A DNA stretch of 64,000 bases. Source: Candidatus Bathyarchaeota archaeon (GTDB lineage Archaea; Thermoproteota; Bathyarchaeia; Bathyarchaeales; Bathycorpusculaceae). The stretch spans positions 320,001 through 384,000 of the forward strand of contig CAWHVC010000002.1 in NCBI GenBank assembly GCA_963832745.1. The letters are read 5' to 3'. Below are positions 29,124-39,281 of this stretch, piece after piece. The translations under genes were made by a program, and so were the position numbers. Below the pieces are notes generated by a model. The model was not told the origin of the DNA and did no database searches. It was given only the letters and a program-made list of their open reading frames with translations. The first letter of the stretch is position 1, and every line of letters begins with the position of its first letter.

Positions 29124-30182
29124 TTGACGTTACCTTATCATTACATGCAGCTTCCTCGAGAAGTAATTGTTGGAAATGGAGTGCTAAACCGGGTTATTGA
29201 AGTTACACAACGATTAAACCTCAAAGGCGTCGCATTGATCATTTCCGGCACAAAAAGCTACGAGGTAGCGGGCAAACACGTTTATGATCTTCTCGAACAG
29301 GCAGGAATGGATCCTTATGGGTTGCTTGTTGAAACCATAACAATGAAAGATATAGCGTTAATTGAAGAACAAATCAAAAATCTTCAACCTCAAGCGCTTT
29401 TCGGAGTTGGCGGCGGAACAATAATTGATGCCACAAAGGTTAGCTGTGGCAAAAAAAACATTCCATTTATCAGCATTCCAACAACTGTTTCTCATGACGG
29501 GATTGCAAGTCCTCTTGCTTCAATTAAAGGCGCAGACAAGCCCTATTCAATCATGGCTCAGGCTCCTCTTGCCATAATTGCAGATACAGACATTATTTCT
29601 CAGGCTCCTTGGCGTTCGGTCATAAGTGGCTGCGGCGATGTAATTGCCAAATTCACTGCAGTAAAGGACTGGAAGCTTGCTCATTTAGAAAACAACGAAT
29701 ACTACGGTGAATACGCTGCGAGTTTAGCGTTAATGAGTGCTAAATTGATTACTGAAAACGCTTCATTAATTGAACCGGGAAACGTCGGCGGATTACGTGT
29801 CTTGTTGGAAGCTTTGATTAGTTGCGGCGTTGCCATGAGTATTGCCGGAAGCAGTCGTCCCTGTAGCGGTTCTGAGCACCTGTTTAGTCATGCTTTAGAT
29901 ATTGTTAGTCCAACACACGCAATGCATGGAGAACAGGTGGGTATTGGTTCAATTTTAACCGCTTTTCTTCATGGAACAAACTGGCAGCGGATTAAAGGTA
30001 CTCTTAAACAGATTGGGGCGCCGACAACAGCCAAAGAGTTAGGCATAAAAAATGAAGACATAGTCAAAGCTTTAGAGTTGGCTTCAACCATACGTCCTGA
30101 ACGTTACACTATTCTGCATAAACTGCGTCTTAACTATGAAGCTTGCCAAACAGTTGCCAAAGCAACGAAAGTAATTGATTAA
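29124..30182 (+). CDS. egsA: Glycerol-1-phosphate dehydrogenase [NAD(P)+]
   Basis: GVGGGTIID, PTTVSHDGIASP, SRPCSGSEHLFSHALD, HGEQVG, RPERYTIL. Confidence 0.95.
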   Translation: MTLPYHYMQLPREVIVGNGVLNRVIEVTQRLNLKGVALIISGTKSYEVAGKHVYDLLEQAGMDPYGLLVETITMKDIALIEEQIKNLQPQALFGVGGGTIIDATKVSCGKKNIPFISIPTTVSHDGIASPLASIKGADKPYSIMAQAPLAIIADTDIISQAPWRSVISGCGDVIAKFTAVKDWKLAHLENNEYYGEYAASLALMSAKLITENASLIEPGNVGGLRVLLEALISCGVAMSIAGSSRPCSGSEHLFSHALDIVSPTHAMHGEQVGIGSILTAFLHGTNWQRIKGTLKQIGAPTTAKELGIKNEDIVKALELASTIRPERYTILHKLRLNYEACQTVAKATKVID

Positions 30183-30568
30183 AGTTTCTTCTGTAGTTGT
30201 TCAATGAGTGCGAACTGGTTGCCTTCCGGGTCCATTGCCGCTGCTACCCATCCGACGTCGGGGACTTCCTCTTTAGGTATAATGACTTTTCCGCCGAGTT
30301 TTTCAATTTTGGCTAAAAAGTCTGTGATTGATTCTACTGCGTAATAGTTTATTGGTTTAATTTCTGGTTGGGGTTTTTTGTACATGCCGCCGTTTACGCC
30401 TGGGCGTTTTAGCATCCCTTTTTCGTCGGTAGGAACAGTCTGGATAATCCAGTAATCAATTGGTCCTGGGTATTGAAGAATTTTCCATCCGAAAACCTGC
30501 TCATAAAACTGTTTGAGTTTTTCTACATCATTTGCTGGGATTTCAAAATGAATTAATGTGTGATCCAT
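30179..30568 (-). CDS. VOC/glyoxalase family protein
   Basis: HFEIPAND, FYEQVFGW, GVNGG, DPEGN. Confidence 0.9.
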   Translation of the reverse strand: MDHTLIHFEIPANDVEKLKQFYEQVFGWKILQYPGPIDYWIIQTVPTDEKGMLKRPGVNGGMYKKPQPEIKPINYYAVESITDFLAKIEKLGGKVIIPKEEVPDVGWVAAAMDPEGNQFALIEQLQKKL

Positions 30569-30708
30569 CTTGCTCCATTCACCTCCAATTAATTCTCCTG
30601 TTGTTTTGGAGTAAATCAGAGAGTGACCATATTATTATAAGCGGATTGGCGGATTTAATCTTTATTTTCTTTCAACAGTTAATGCTAAACAAGAAAAAAA
30701 ATGGTAAG

Positions 30709-31284
30709 TTAAAATTCTACCGCAAACTTGCATTCCGAGGCACCGGAAACAGCGCTTTCAAGCAGTTTGACCTTAACAGGTTTACTGGTGATGGTTTCCC
30801 AATACTTTTTAATGAAACCTTCCGAGCAATGGCAATACGTCTTAGACATGTTGACGTCGTTTGGCAAGGCACGAATTAAACTACAGTAACAACGCATCGG
30901 GTGAGTAAACGCCTGTGGAGTATAAATGTGAAGCAACCTATTGCCATCTTGTTCATATCGTGTTCCTTTTTGTGGCTTCTCAATTTCTGCTTTAAGAAAA
31001 TCTTCAAAAGTTTTGAATTTTCTACGCCTCTCAACTGCTTTTTGGAGTACACGCTTGTTTACTTCTGCGCAGTTTGAGCCACAGTTGTTCATGATTTGAA
31101 TTCTTTTTTCTTCATCAACTGATCTGTCTAAACGATCAATGGCATCTTTTGTCCAAAGCGCCATTTTTTTCTTCTCAGTTTTTTCAGTGATTTCTTCACT
31201 GCCAACCATTACCTTTTGGCAAGCTTCGACGCCAGCGTAATGTTCAACGTTTTTCTCTAATGGAATAAGCATCTTGTACTTCAT
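30709..31284 (-). CDS. Cys-rich hypothetical protein (DUF6144-like)
   Basis: CGSNC, CYCS, YCHCSEG, ECKF pattern. Confidence 0.65.
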   Translation of the reverse strand: MKYKMLIPLEKNVEHYAGVEACQKVMVGSEEITEKTEKKKMALWTKDAIDRLDRSVDEEKRIQIMNNCGSNCAEVNKRVLQKAVERRRKFKTFEDFLKAEIEKPQKGTRYEQDGNRLLHIYTPQAFTHPMRCYCSLIRALPNDVNMSKTYCHCSEGFIKKYWETITSKPVKVKLLESAVSGASECKFAVEF

Positions 31285-31458
31285 GACGACCTCTCCAAAT
31301 GCTTGTTATCGCTGTGACAATAAAAAGTTTATAGCGTTATTAATGCTAACTTGATTTTCAAAACAGCGGTAACTGTACTTTTTGGGATTGAAAATAGAAA
31401 ACGAACACAAGAAAAGAATTAAATTGAAAAATAAGTTGTAAACGCTTGTTTGGAGCGT

Positions 31459-32253
31459 TTAGGCTTTTGTTTCTTCTGCTGGAGCAGCTTCTGGCGCTGA
31501 CTCTGCGGGTGCTTCAACCGGGGCTTCTGCTACAGGGGTTGGAGCTGGTGCGGCTGCTGTTGGTTTTGGTTCTGCCTTGAAGGTTTCGACGAATTGTGTT
31601 TGTGCAAGGTCTGGTAGATATTTTTGGATGTCCATGGCGATTCCGCGTTTTGCGATTTGTATGCCTTCAACGTAGAATGTGTCTTCTGGCATATCGATGG
31701 TTAGGTTGCTGTTTTGGATTGTGATTTTGAATTTGTCTTCTTCGACCACTGGGACTCTTCTGTGAATAAGAGCGCCAATTTTTTCTTCGCTGCTGTCCAG
31801 TTTCTTTTGGGTTACTACTTCGTAAATTAGGGTTCTTCCAGCTAAGGGTGGGTTGAAGTCTAAGAGTACTCTTCCTGCGCCGATGGAGCGGACGCTGGCC
31901 ATTTTGCCTTGGTATTCAATGCGTGCTCCAATGATTGGGTTAATTTCTTTTGCTAATAATTGACGTAATGGGACGCGTTTGATTTTTTCTGGGTCTCTTT
32001 GGCCAAATGCTTTGTCGGCTGGAATCTCTACTGTTTCTTGTTTTTCTGGTTCCATGCCTAAGAGTGCATCGTCTAAAGCTTTTAGAACCCAGCCTTCGCC
32101 TATAACAACAAGTTTAGGCTCGTATAATTCGCCTTCTTTGTGAAGGTGCTCTTTTTTTGATACTTCTTCATATGTTGTGTCAAAAACTTCGTTTGTTTCT
32201 TTGACTTTGCCGGTATAATTAATTAGTATGAAATCTCCCTTTTGAAAGGTCAT
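31459..32253 (-). CDS. FKBP-type peptidyl-prolyl cis-trans isomerase (long archaeal SlyD type)
   Basis: GDFILINYTG, VFDTT, AFGQRD, DFNPPLAG; Ala/Pro/Glu-rich tail. Confidence 0.9.
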   Translation of the reverse strand: MTFQKGDFILINYTGKVKETNEVFDTTYEEVSKKEHLHKEGELYEPKLVVIGEGWVLKALDDALLGMEPEKQETVEIPADKAFGQRDPEKIKRVPLRQLLAKEINPIIGARIEYQGKMASVRSIGAGRVLLDFNPPLAGRTLIYEVVTQKKLDSSEEKIGALIHRRVPVVEEDKFKITIQNSNLTIDMPEDTFYVEGIQIAKRGIAMDIQKYLPDLAQTQFVETFKAEPKPTAAAPAPTPVAEAPVEAPAESAPEAAPAEETKA

Positions 32254-32429
32254 TCTCGAATCATCCTTTAGATATACGGGCGAATTTAAGTTTCAAACGC
32301 GAATAAAAACTTATCGAGCCCGAACACGCTGGCTTATACAAATAATATACTGTTGGTAAACTAAATAGTCTTTCTGTAAAATAATTCGGGGCTGGTTGAA
32401 GTTCAGGTAAAAACAGGACAAACTTGAAA

Positions 32430-32945
32430 CTATTTTTGAGAGTTTTGTTCTTTAAATTTTTCAAGTTCCTTTTGTAGCTCAGTGATTTTTGTTTGAATTT
32501 CTGGCTTCCCGCATACTTGAGCAAAGGCTTGTATGTTTGCGTATATTGAGTAGTCTGTTGGGTCTGTTGTTTTGGGGACTTCGCCAAAAGCTGCGATTTC
32601 ATGCATCATTCTTTTTTGTATGTCATTGTATATTTCAAACGCTGCTTTAAGGGTGGCATCTTTTGGTTGGTAGTTAAAGTATTGCTGTGGTGCGAACCAT
32701 GTTGCGGTTGAACGGTAAAGTTTCCTTTCGAGGTTTCCAACTTTTTGGGTTTCTACGAGTTCTATAAGGTCGGCTTTTAGGAGTTTTTGTATTCTTCGCC
32801 ACAGTTTCAGGGTTGGCATGTTTAGTTTTTCGGATAGTTCTGAGATGGATTGTTGTTTGTCTACGAGTTCTTTTAGGATTACTTGGTTGAAGGGGTCTGA
32901 AACTATTTTGGTTCCTTCTTGGTCAAGAATTTTAACCAGTTTCAT
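32430..32945 (-). CDS. ArsR-like winged-helix regulator
   Basis: SDPFNQVILKEL...SISELSEKL...RIQKLLKADLI...ERKLY; divergent from an ABC exporter. Confidence 0.8.
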   Translation of the reverse strand: MKLVKILDQEGTKIVSDPFNQVILKELVDKQQSISELSEKLNMPTLKLWRRIQKLLKADLIELVETQKVGNLERKLYRSTATWFAPQQYFNYQPKDATLKAAFEIYNDIQKRMMHEIAAFGEVPKTTDPTDYSIYANIQAFAQVCGKPEIQTKITELQKELEKFKEQNSQK

Positions 32946-32964
32946 AAAATGAAAACGGTTTCAT
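32940..32964. promoter_or_regulatory. Overlapping palindromic operator candidate
   Basis: TTTCAT-AAA-ATGAAA-ACGG-TTTCAT: three alternating half-sites covering the regulator start codon. Confidence 0.55.
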
Positions 32965-33009
32965 CTAACTTAAATAGTTATTGCTGCTATATTAAAGGAA
33001 ATCAAGGGG

Positions 33010-33963
33010 ATGCAAAACCCAATGATAGAAACAGAAAACCTAACCCGCCAATACGGCAACCTAACAGCAGTAGACAACGTCACACTCAAAATAGGCAAAG
33101 GCGAAGTATTCGGATTCCTCGGTCCAAACGGCGCAGGCAAAACCACCACAATCCGTATGCTGGCATGCCTCATCTCACCAACTAAAGGAACAGCAACAGT
33201 TGCAGGATACAACATCCAAAAAGACCCACTAAAAGTCCGCCAATCAGTAGGTATACTAACCGAAAACCCAAGCCTATACGAACGCCTGACAGCCTATGAA
33301 AACATGGACTTTTTTGCCCAAGCCTATGGCGTGGCAGATCCAGCCGAACGCCAAAAAAGAATCCAAGAACTCCTCGAATTCTTTAACCTATGGGACCGCA
33401 GAAACGACAAAGTAGGCACTTTCAGCAAGGGTATGAAGCAAAAAATGGCCATAATCCGCGCTACACTGCATAAGCCACCTGTACTATTCCTAGACGAACC
33501 CACATCCGGTTTAGACCCTGAGTCTGCCAAAGAAATACGTGACCTAATGGCTCAACTGAGCAAACGCGAGAAATGCACCATACTGCTGAGCACTCATCAT
33601 CTTGAGGACGCTGAGAAACTATGCAATAGAGTAATGATGATGAACAAAGGTCACTGTCTCCTAATAGGTAAGCCAGACGACTTACGAGAAAGAATTACCA
33701 CTCACCCAGTAATACAAGTTGATTTAACACAGGTAACCAGCAAAATCTTGTCTGCTTTAAAAGCAAACAGCAAAGTCAAAGAGGTCAATACAAAACCTGA
33801 AGAACCCAGCTTGCTGGTTAGCGTTGAAGATACACGAGCATCTACTCCTGAAATCGTCCGAGCCATAGTTGAGGCTGACGGGCAAATTCTCGGCGTAAAC
33901 GTGTTCCGTGCGTCGCTTGAAGAAGCATATCTTAAACTAATCAAGGGAGGAGAAACACAATGA
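33010..33963 (+). CDS. ABC-2 type exporter ATP-binding subunit
   Basis: GPNGAGKTT, FSKGMKQK, FLDEPTSGLDP. Confidence 0.9.
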   Translation: MQNPMIETENLTRQYGNLTAVDNVTLKIGKGEVFGFLGPNGAGKTTTIRMLACLISPTKGTATVAGYNIQKDPLKVRQSVGILTENPSLYERLTAYENMDFFAQAYGVADPAERQKRIQELLEFFNLWDRRNDKVGTFSKGMKQKMAIIRATLHKPPVLFLDEPTSGLDPESAKEIRDLMAQLSKREKCTILLSTHHLEDAEKLCNRVMMMNKGHCLLIGKPDDLRERITTHPVIQVDLTQVTSKILSALKANSKVKEVNTKPEEPSLLVSVEDTRASTPEIVRAIVEADGQILGVNVFRASLEEAYLKLIKGGETQ

Positions 33964-34778
33964 ACTTCCACAATGCATGGTTAGTGTTCAAGAAAGATTG
34001 GCTTGAAATCAAACGAAACTGGCAAGTCCTACTGCCCATAATCATAGTGCCCATAGTGTTCTCAGTGATATTTCCAGTTATAATCGGCGGCATCGCAAAC
34101 GTACCCACAACAGGCATGAACAACACCCAGGACTTCCAAGCCTTAATCCCCAACCTGCCAGTAGACATTCAAAACATGCTTGCAAACTTTACCGCTAACC
34201 AATCAATGACTTACGTAATGGTGGTTTACTTCTTTGCACCATTCTTCCTGATCATTCCAATAATGGCTTCAAGCGTAATAGGCTCCGACAGCTTTGCAGG
34301 CGAAAGAGAACGAAAAACCATAGAAGCACTCTTAGCCACACCCCTAACTGACAGCGAACTCTTACTAGGCAAAATCCTCGTCAGCTTCATCCCAGCCATG
34401 ATAGTCACCTTCGTATCCTACGGTGTCTACATGACAATCGTCGACGTAATGACATACGGCACATTTGGAATGCTGTTACTTCCAAACGTAAACTGGCTGA
34501 TAATGATGTTCGGCGTAACTCCCGCCATCGCACTTTGCAGCATAGGCTTAACCGTCATGATATCCTCAAAAGTCAAAGGCTTCCGAGAAGCACAACAAAT
34601 CAGCGTCGTACTACTACTGCCAGTTTTGGGCTTAGTGTTTGCGCAAATCTCAGGCTTCCTGGTACTTGGCCCACTGGTGCTCGCCGCTCTCATAGCCTTA
34701 CTTGCAACCGTTGACGCAGCCATATTCTACATGAGCCTAAAAATCTTTAGAAGAGAAGAAATCCTCGCCAAGCAATAA
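33960..34778 (+). CDS. ABC-2 type exporter permease
   Basis: DSFAGERERKTIEALLATP motif; about 6 TM; ATGA coupling. Confidence 0.9.
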   Translation: MNFHNAWLVFKKDWLEIKRNWQVLLPIIIVPIVFSVIFPVIIGGIANVPTTGMNNTQDFQALIPNLPVDIQNMLANFTANQSMTYVMVVYFFAPFFLIIPIMASSVIGSDSFAGERERKTIEALLATPLTDSELLLGKILVSFIPAMIVTFVSYGVYMTIVDVMTYGTFGMLLLPNVNWLIMMFGVTPAIALCSIGLTVMISSKVKGFREAQQISVVLLLPVLGLVFAQISGFLVLGPLVLAALIALLATVDAAIFYMSLKIFRREEILAKQ

Positions 34779-34779
34779 A

Positions 34780-35280
34780 CTAATCGGATAACAGTTTGGC
34801 AGCGTCCCAGTACTTGTCGCTGACATAATGCAGCGTCTTAATTACTGGCCCCTTTTTTGTTTCCCTCAATGTTGCAGCGTCAAGCATGCTTTCACCCAAA
34901 GCCAAAGCTTTTCCATATTTTTCATCGACAACCACAACAAGGTCACCTACGCCGAATTCGCCTTCAACACGGCGGATTCCTGGAGCCATCACATTTGCGC
35001 CTTTGCACACATAGGGTACAGCGCCCATGTCAACGGTGATTTTTGGGGCGGCGTTTATGAATTCGTTGAATCCTAAAAGCGGCAAGAAAATGTCAGTTTT
35101 GAACATTACGGGTTTTGTGTTGATTAAGTAGATTTGGCCAACTTCCGATTCGACCACTTCAATGTTTGCTTTACTGCCAAATAATGTGTCAAAATCCAGT
35201 TTGAACCGTTGGGTTGCTTCGCTTAGGATTTGTTTGGCTTCTTTAGATTTTAAGGAGTAACGTCGTTGTTTTGATGGCAT
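34780..35280 (-). CDS. PUA-domain RNA-binding protein (DUF1947/MCT-1-like)
   Basis: VDMGAVPYVCKGANVMAPGI, HYVSD. Confidence 0.9.
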   Translation of the reverse strand: MPSKQRRYSLKSKEAKQILSEATQRFKLDFDTLFGSKANIEVVESEVGQIYLINTKPVMFKTDIFLPLLGFNEFINAAPKITVDMGAVPYVCKGANVMAPGIRRVEGEFGVGDLVVVVDEKYGKALALGESMLDAATLRETKKGPVIKTLHYVSDKYWDAAKLLSD

Positions 35281-35312
35281 AAATTAACCTGCTTTATGCG
35301 TAAGTTTGTTGC

Positions 35313-35930
35313 TTAATTAATTTTTTCCAAGTTTTCCTGACTGTCGCTTTGGGTGGCTTTCTTTTTCATGAAACGTTTGGCAAGTTTGCCCATATCAACT
35401 TTAAGCAAAACAACCGTGATGATTACAGTAAGGACTATGGACATAGCTACCATTACTTCTGGGCTAATCCAGTTTGAGAAGGTGTTGCCAATTTGGTTTC
35501 CCAAAAACGCTCCAATAACAGTGATTGAAAGCTTGCCTAAGAAGTATGCTAAGAAGAATTTTGATATGCTGTACTTCATTAAGCCAAGTGGAATAACGAT
35601 TGGTTCATCTGGAATTGGTGTTGCAGCTGCTACGTAAAGTAGTAGGAAAGCCCATTTTCTTATTTTTGCAGCGTCTGCATCAAGTTTTGCGCGTCTCTGT
35701 TCATTTAGGTGTTTGCTGACAAAAAAGGTAACTCCGTAATGGATGCCTTTTGCTAAGGTTGCGCCTAAAGCGACGAGAATGCCTATTAGTAAAAGTGAGG
35801 CAAAGTCAGCGTTTACTAAGCCGACGGTGGCGGTTGAGGCAATGAACAGGTTTGATGGTCCCGCGAACGGTATAAGGTTAAACCCGAAAGATATTAAGAA
35901 TATGATTACGAATTCAATTATGGGTAGCAT
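35313..35930 (-). CDS. VTT/DedA (SNARE-associated) membrane protein
   Basis: NLIPFAGPS, AATPIPDE..VIPLGL..Y; ATG at 35930. Confidence 0.8.
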   Translation of the reverse strand: MLPIIEFVIIFLISFGFNLIPFAGPSNLFIASTATVGLVNADFASLLLIGILVALGATLAKGIHYGVTFFVSKHLNEQRRAKLDADAAKIRKWAFLLLYVAAATPIPDEPIVIPLGLMKYSISKFFLAYFLGKLSITVIGAFLGNQIGNTFSNWISPEVMVAMSIVLTVIITVVLLKVDMGKLAKRFMKKKATQSDSQENLEKIN

Positions 35931-36115
35931 TTTCGGGTTTTCACTGTCCTCCTCTTTAGAGAAGAGGTAATTGCGACACTTATAAGTGCAAGCGTGTAAC
36001 ATTACACTTACACCCAGCTAAATTCTTAAATTGTTGTAGCCCCTCTACAGTCACAATTGTTTTTAAAACAAGTTACCGATTGTTAATCAAATAAATCAAT
36101 TGAGGAGAAGAAAAA

Positions 36116-36529
36116 ATGATTATAGAGCAAATGGATTTGACAAGTTTATTTTTTACGATAATTAGTTTAATAGTTCTTTGGATTGTTGTGTCTATTCCTG
36201 TTTGGATTGCCGGAAAAGCAATTGCAGGCAGCAAAGCATCTTTTGGAGACGCCCTACTAGCAACCTTAGCAGGACCTATAGTTTACGCTATAGTGATATT
36301 TCTTGTGGACTTTGCTTTAGGCGGCATACTAGGTTCAGCAGCTTACGCGTTTGGTTACATACTTGCATTAATCGCGTGGATATGGGTCTTTAAGGCAAGC
36401 TTCGGGACAGGCTGGATAAAAGCAATCTTAATCGCCCTATTAGCCTGGGTTATCTTCATTGCCCTGAGTATAATTGTTGGAATCCTCTTTGGAGTGGCGT
36501 ACCCAGCGCCATTTTTCCCAACCATCTAG
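36116..36529 (+). CDS. Hypothetical 4-TM membrane protein
   Basis: Four hydrophobic helices; GAGGAG upstream. Confidence 0.75.
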   Translation: MIIEQMDLTSLFFTIISLIVLWIVVSIPVWIAGKAIAGSKASFGDALLATLAGPIVYAIVIFLVDFALGGILGSAAYAFGYILALIAWIWVFKASFGTGWIKAILIALLAWVIFIALSIIVGILFGVAYPAPFFPTI

Positions 36530-36835
36530 AGGTAACCCTTTTTATTTTTTCTATAGTTTGTGACTACAAAGTGAGACAACATTTGTTTTTATGCGATTTT
36601 ACCGATAAGCTGCTTGTGGATTGCTGAGAGCTTAAGTGGTCTATCTGCTGACAAGAAATGAAGGTTCCCTTTACTCTTTTCACCTTCTCTCTATGTTAGC
36701 ACACGGATAGAACCATTTATCCAGATTTTTGTTGACTAAAATTAAAATTGAATATTTTCGAAATTTACTCTTCGTGAAATTGCATTTAATCTGAAAAATT
36801 CAAGAAAAAAAATAAAAAGTTGATATCTTGTTCTT

Positions 36836-37606
36836 CTACTTGACGATAATTGTTTTGAATTCGCTTCTGATATGCTTAGGTTTTTGGTCTCGGTCGTATT
36901 GCGCGTAGATTTCGCCTTTGTTATCCCAGAAGTCAAATGTTCTAGCCTCCCAACCGATAGCAAAAGAACCATCTTCTTCAGCGTATCCTCTTGCCAGAAC
37001 TTCATCAAAAAGGAATGATCTATCATGTTCTCTGATGGAAACTTGAATCTTTCCTTTTCCTTGGCAGTTTTCAGTGATTTTTCCTTTGAAATATACGACA
37101 TCGCCTTTTGCTACTGTAGCTGGCAGATCATATAATTCAAGTTTAAGCCCTTCATCGCAGACAGGTTCCTCCATCATTTCAGCAGTTGTTACTACTGTGC
37201 TTTCCATTGCAGCTTCCTCGTTTGTTGCTTTTTTTGTCACTGTTAGGTCTTCGATTGGTGCATTGCAACTGGATTGTACTGCTTTAATTCCGTTAATGCA
37301 GCCTTCTTTACTTACATAACCCTCGCTTGCAGCAATAATCTCGCCGTTCCTAGCGTTCAAATGGAATCTGTATCCGCAGGCTTTGTCAAAGAAAACTTGG
37401 TATTTTGGGTTAGGAATTCTTGTTCCTTCAGTTGTCATATCTTCGATTTCTGAACTGCAATTATCCTGTACACTTTTTACGCCATTGAGACATCCTAAAT
37501 GGTTTTCGTATCCTTGGCTTACAACTACTATCTTGTTGTTTTCAGCTTTTAGCCTAAACCTGAATTTTCCAGCAACGTCTTTGTATACTTGATATTTTGC
37601 TCCCAT
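36836..37606 (-). CDS. Tandem YegP/DUF1508 domain protein with extra C-terminal beta domain
   Basis: Two repeats of KYQV..D..G.[FY]RF.L.A.N..I...S.GY....C.NG[VI]K.VQ. Confidence 0.8.
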   Translation of the reverse strand: MGAKYQVYKDVAGKFRFRLKAENNKIVVVSQGYENHLGCLNGVKSVQDNCSSEIEDMTTEGTRIPNPKYQVFFDKACGYRFHLNARNGEIIAASEGYVSKEGCINGIKAVQSSCNAPIEDLTVTKKATNEEAAMESTVVTTAEMMEEPVCDEGLKLELYDLPATVAKGDVVYFKGKITENCQGKGKIQVSIREHDRSFLFDEVLARGYAEEDGSFAIGWEARTFDFWDNKGEIYAQYDRDQKPKHIRSEFKTIIVK

Positions 37607-37916
37607 AGAAATCAACAATAGCTTGCTCGTTAACCATGTTTATATCTTTTTTATTTAAAATGTTAAATTTTAACATGCAAGTTGGCGTATTATTGCTGAT
37701 TTTCCTCTAATGTGTTTCTCAATTCTGCGATCAAGTTTTTTTGGGCCAAGTACATCATAAATTTTTTCTTACAATAGGATATTTTAAAACAGATGTTTTT
37801 TCTATTATATTGATAATTAAGAGGATACAAACAACTTTCCAACAGAGTTGATTAGATAGGTTTAAATTGAGAGAGATAAAGTATAGAAAGAGATAAAGAT
37901 ACTTGAGGATTCCAAT

Positions 37917-38144
37917 ATGAGCGAAATGACAACTGAAATCCTTGAACAGAACCTCAGCAAAATCGTACTTGTACGATTAAAAGGTGGAAAAAGCCTCAGA
38001 GGAAGACTGAAGGGTTTCGATCAACACTTAAACTTAGTTCTGGAAGAAACAGAAGACACTACAGTAGTTGAAAATCAACGAAAACTAGGGCTAATAATCG
38101 TTCGTGGAGATAACGTAGTCCTTATTTCGCCTCCGCCGCGGTGA
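37917..38144 (+). CDS. Sm-like archaeal protein (SmAP1/Lsm)
   Basis: GRLKGFDQHLNLVL, IIVRGDNVVLISP; directly upstream of rpl37e. Confidence 0.95.
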   Translation: MSEMTTEILEQNLSKIVLVRLKGGKSLRGRLKGFDQHLNLVLEETEDTTVVENQRKLGLIIVRGDNVVLISPPPR

Positions 38145-38149
38145 CTTAA

Positions 38150-38338
38150 ATGGGTAAAGGAACGCCATCAATGGGCAAGCGCCAGGGCAAAACTGTCCAC
38201 ATTAAATGCAGGCGCTGCGGAAGACGAGCTTATCACGTACGTCATAAGCGTTGTGCAGCTTGCGGTTACGGTGCAACAACAACTATGCGCCACTATAATT
38301 GGCAAAGAAAGACTCTTAACCGCGTGAGAGTCGTCTAA
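38150..38338 (+). CDS. rpl37e: 50S ribosomal protein L37e
   Basis: [25 protein letters not shown]. Confidence 0.97.
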   Translation: MGKGTPSMGKRQGKTVHIKCRRCGRRAYHVRHKRCAACGYGATTTMRHYNWQRKTLNRVRVV

Positions 38339-38584
38339 AGCCCCCTTCTTAACTTTTAAACCAATTTAAAATATTTTTTAGCTGTCTTTTTGTCCTTTAC
38401 GGTAAACAATGTTTAATTCATGTTTGTAGTTATTCGACTTCAAAAATGGATTGCCCTTAAGATGGCCTTGCTTATCCTGCTAAAAGTTTTATTGGCAAAA
38501 TTCATCCGCTTTTTTTCTGCAGATCATGAACAACCTTAGTGTAAAATTAAAGAACCCCCTTTACGATTCTAAAATTGAAGGCAT

Positions 38585-38985
38585 ATGACTTGGACAAGCC
38601 TCCTATGCTGATAGATTACTTAAGACAACTGATCTTGTTATTATCCTAACATTCACAGGCATGTCACTTGCCTGTATAGAATCAAATCTGCAAAGTGCCA
38701 TGCGACCAATTCTAGAAAACATCCTTGTCTGCAATCAGGGCGTCACTGTAAGCAACGGAGACTACAACCTTTCCTATTCAATGAAGGCGCGGGATTCAAC
38801 AATAGTAAATGAACTATTCATTAAAGCAATAAACGTTACCGACCGCAGTATGACCGTTGAAGTTAGTGGGTTAAGCATTTACTAACGGTACTGCCATAAA
38901 CGCAGTGAATCCGCTGGATTATCCAATAGGTGGCGGTGATACTCTTCAAGTGAGCATTACCCTATGCAAATATCGCTTCAAATGA
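38585..38985 (+). pseudogene. Frameshifted remnant of a probable secreted protein gene
   Basis: ORF 38661-38885 continues in another frame (TNGTAINAVNPLDYPIGGGDTLQVSITL); no clean start. Confidence 0.35.
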
Positions 38986-39281
38986 AACAATACTAACAAT
39001 ATTTGCTTCTAAAGCTATGTATTGCATAGTGCTTCATTAAAAGTGCGTTAAGAACTGATTTCAAAGAAACCTATTATTGTGCTGTTTTCGCTGCTTTATT
39101 TTTTATATCAACCTATTAGGCTCCTATTAGAGGTTCTATGTTGAAACCTATAGAGGGTAGGGTAAAAGCTCAGTCTATTTGGGGTCTAATCTCCAATCAT
39201 TGCAGAAAACGTAAAGGGGTTCTAAAAAACGTTAGGAGTGGAAACCTGAATTGGCTGAAAAAGGCGTTGGCATAAGCATGT

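Noticed and set aside
31459-31570. Ala/Pro/Glu repeats in the FKBP tail and the SepF linker
   Set aside because: Ordinary low-complexity linkers, not DNA repeat elements
36694-36711. TGTTAGCACACGGATAGA resembles the 5' part of tRNA-Arg (TGTTAGCTCAGCACGGATAGA); possible att scar
   Set aside because: Short gapped match, no cloverleaf, no integrase, and core genes lie between the two sites
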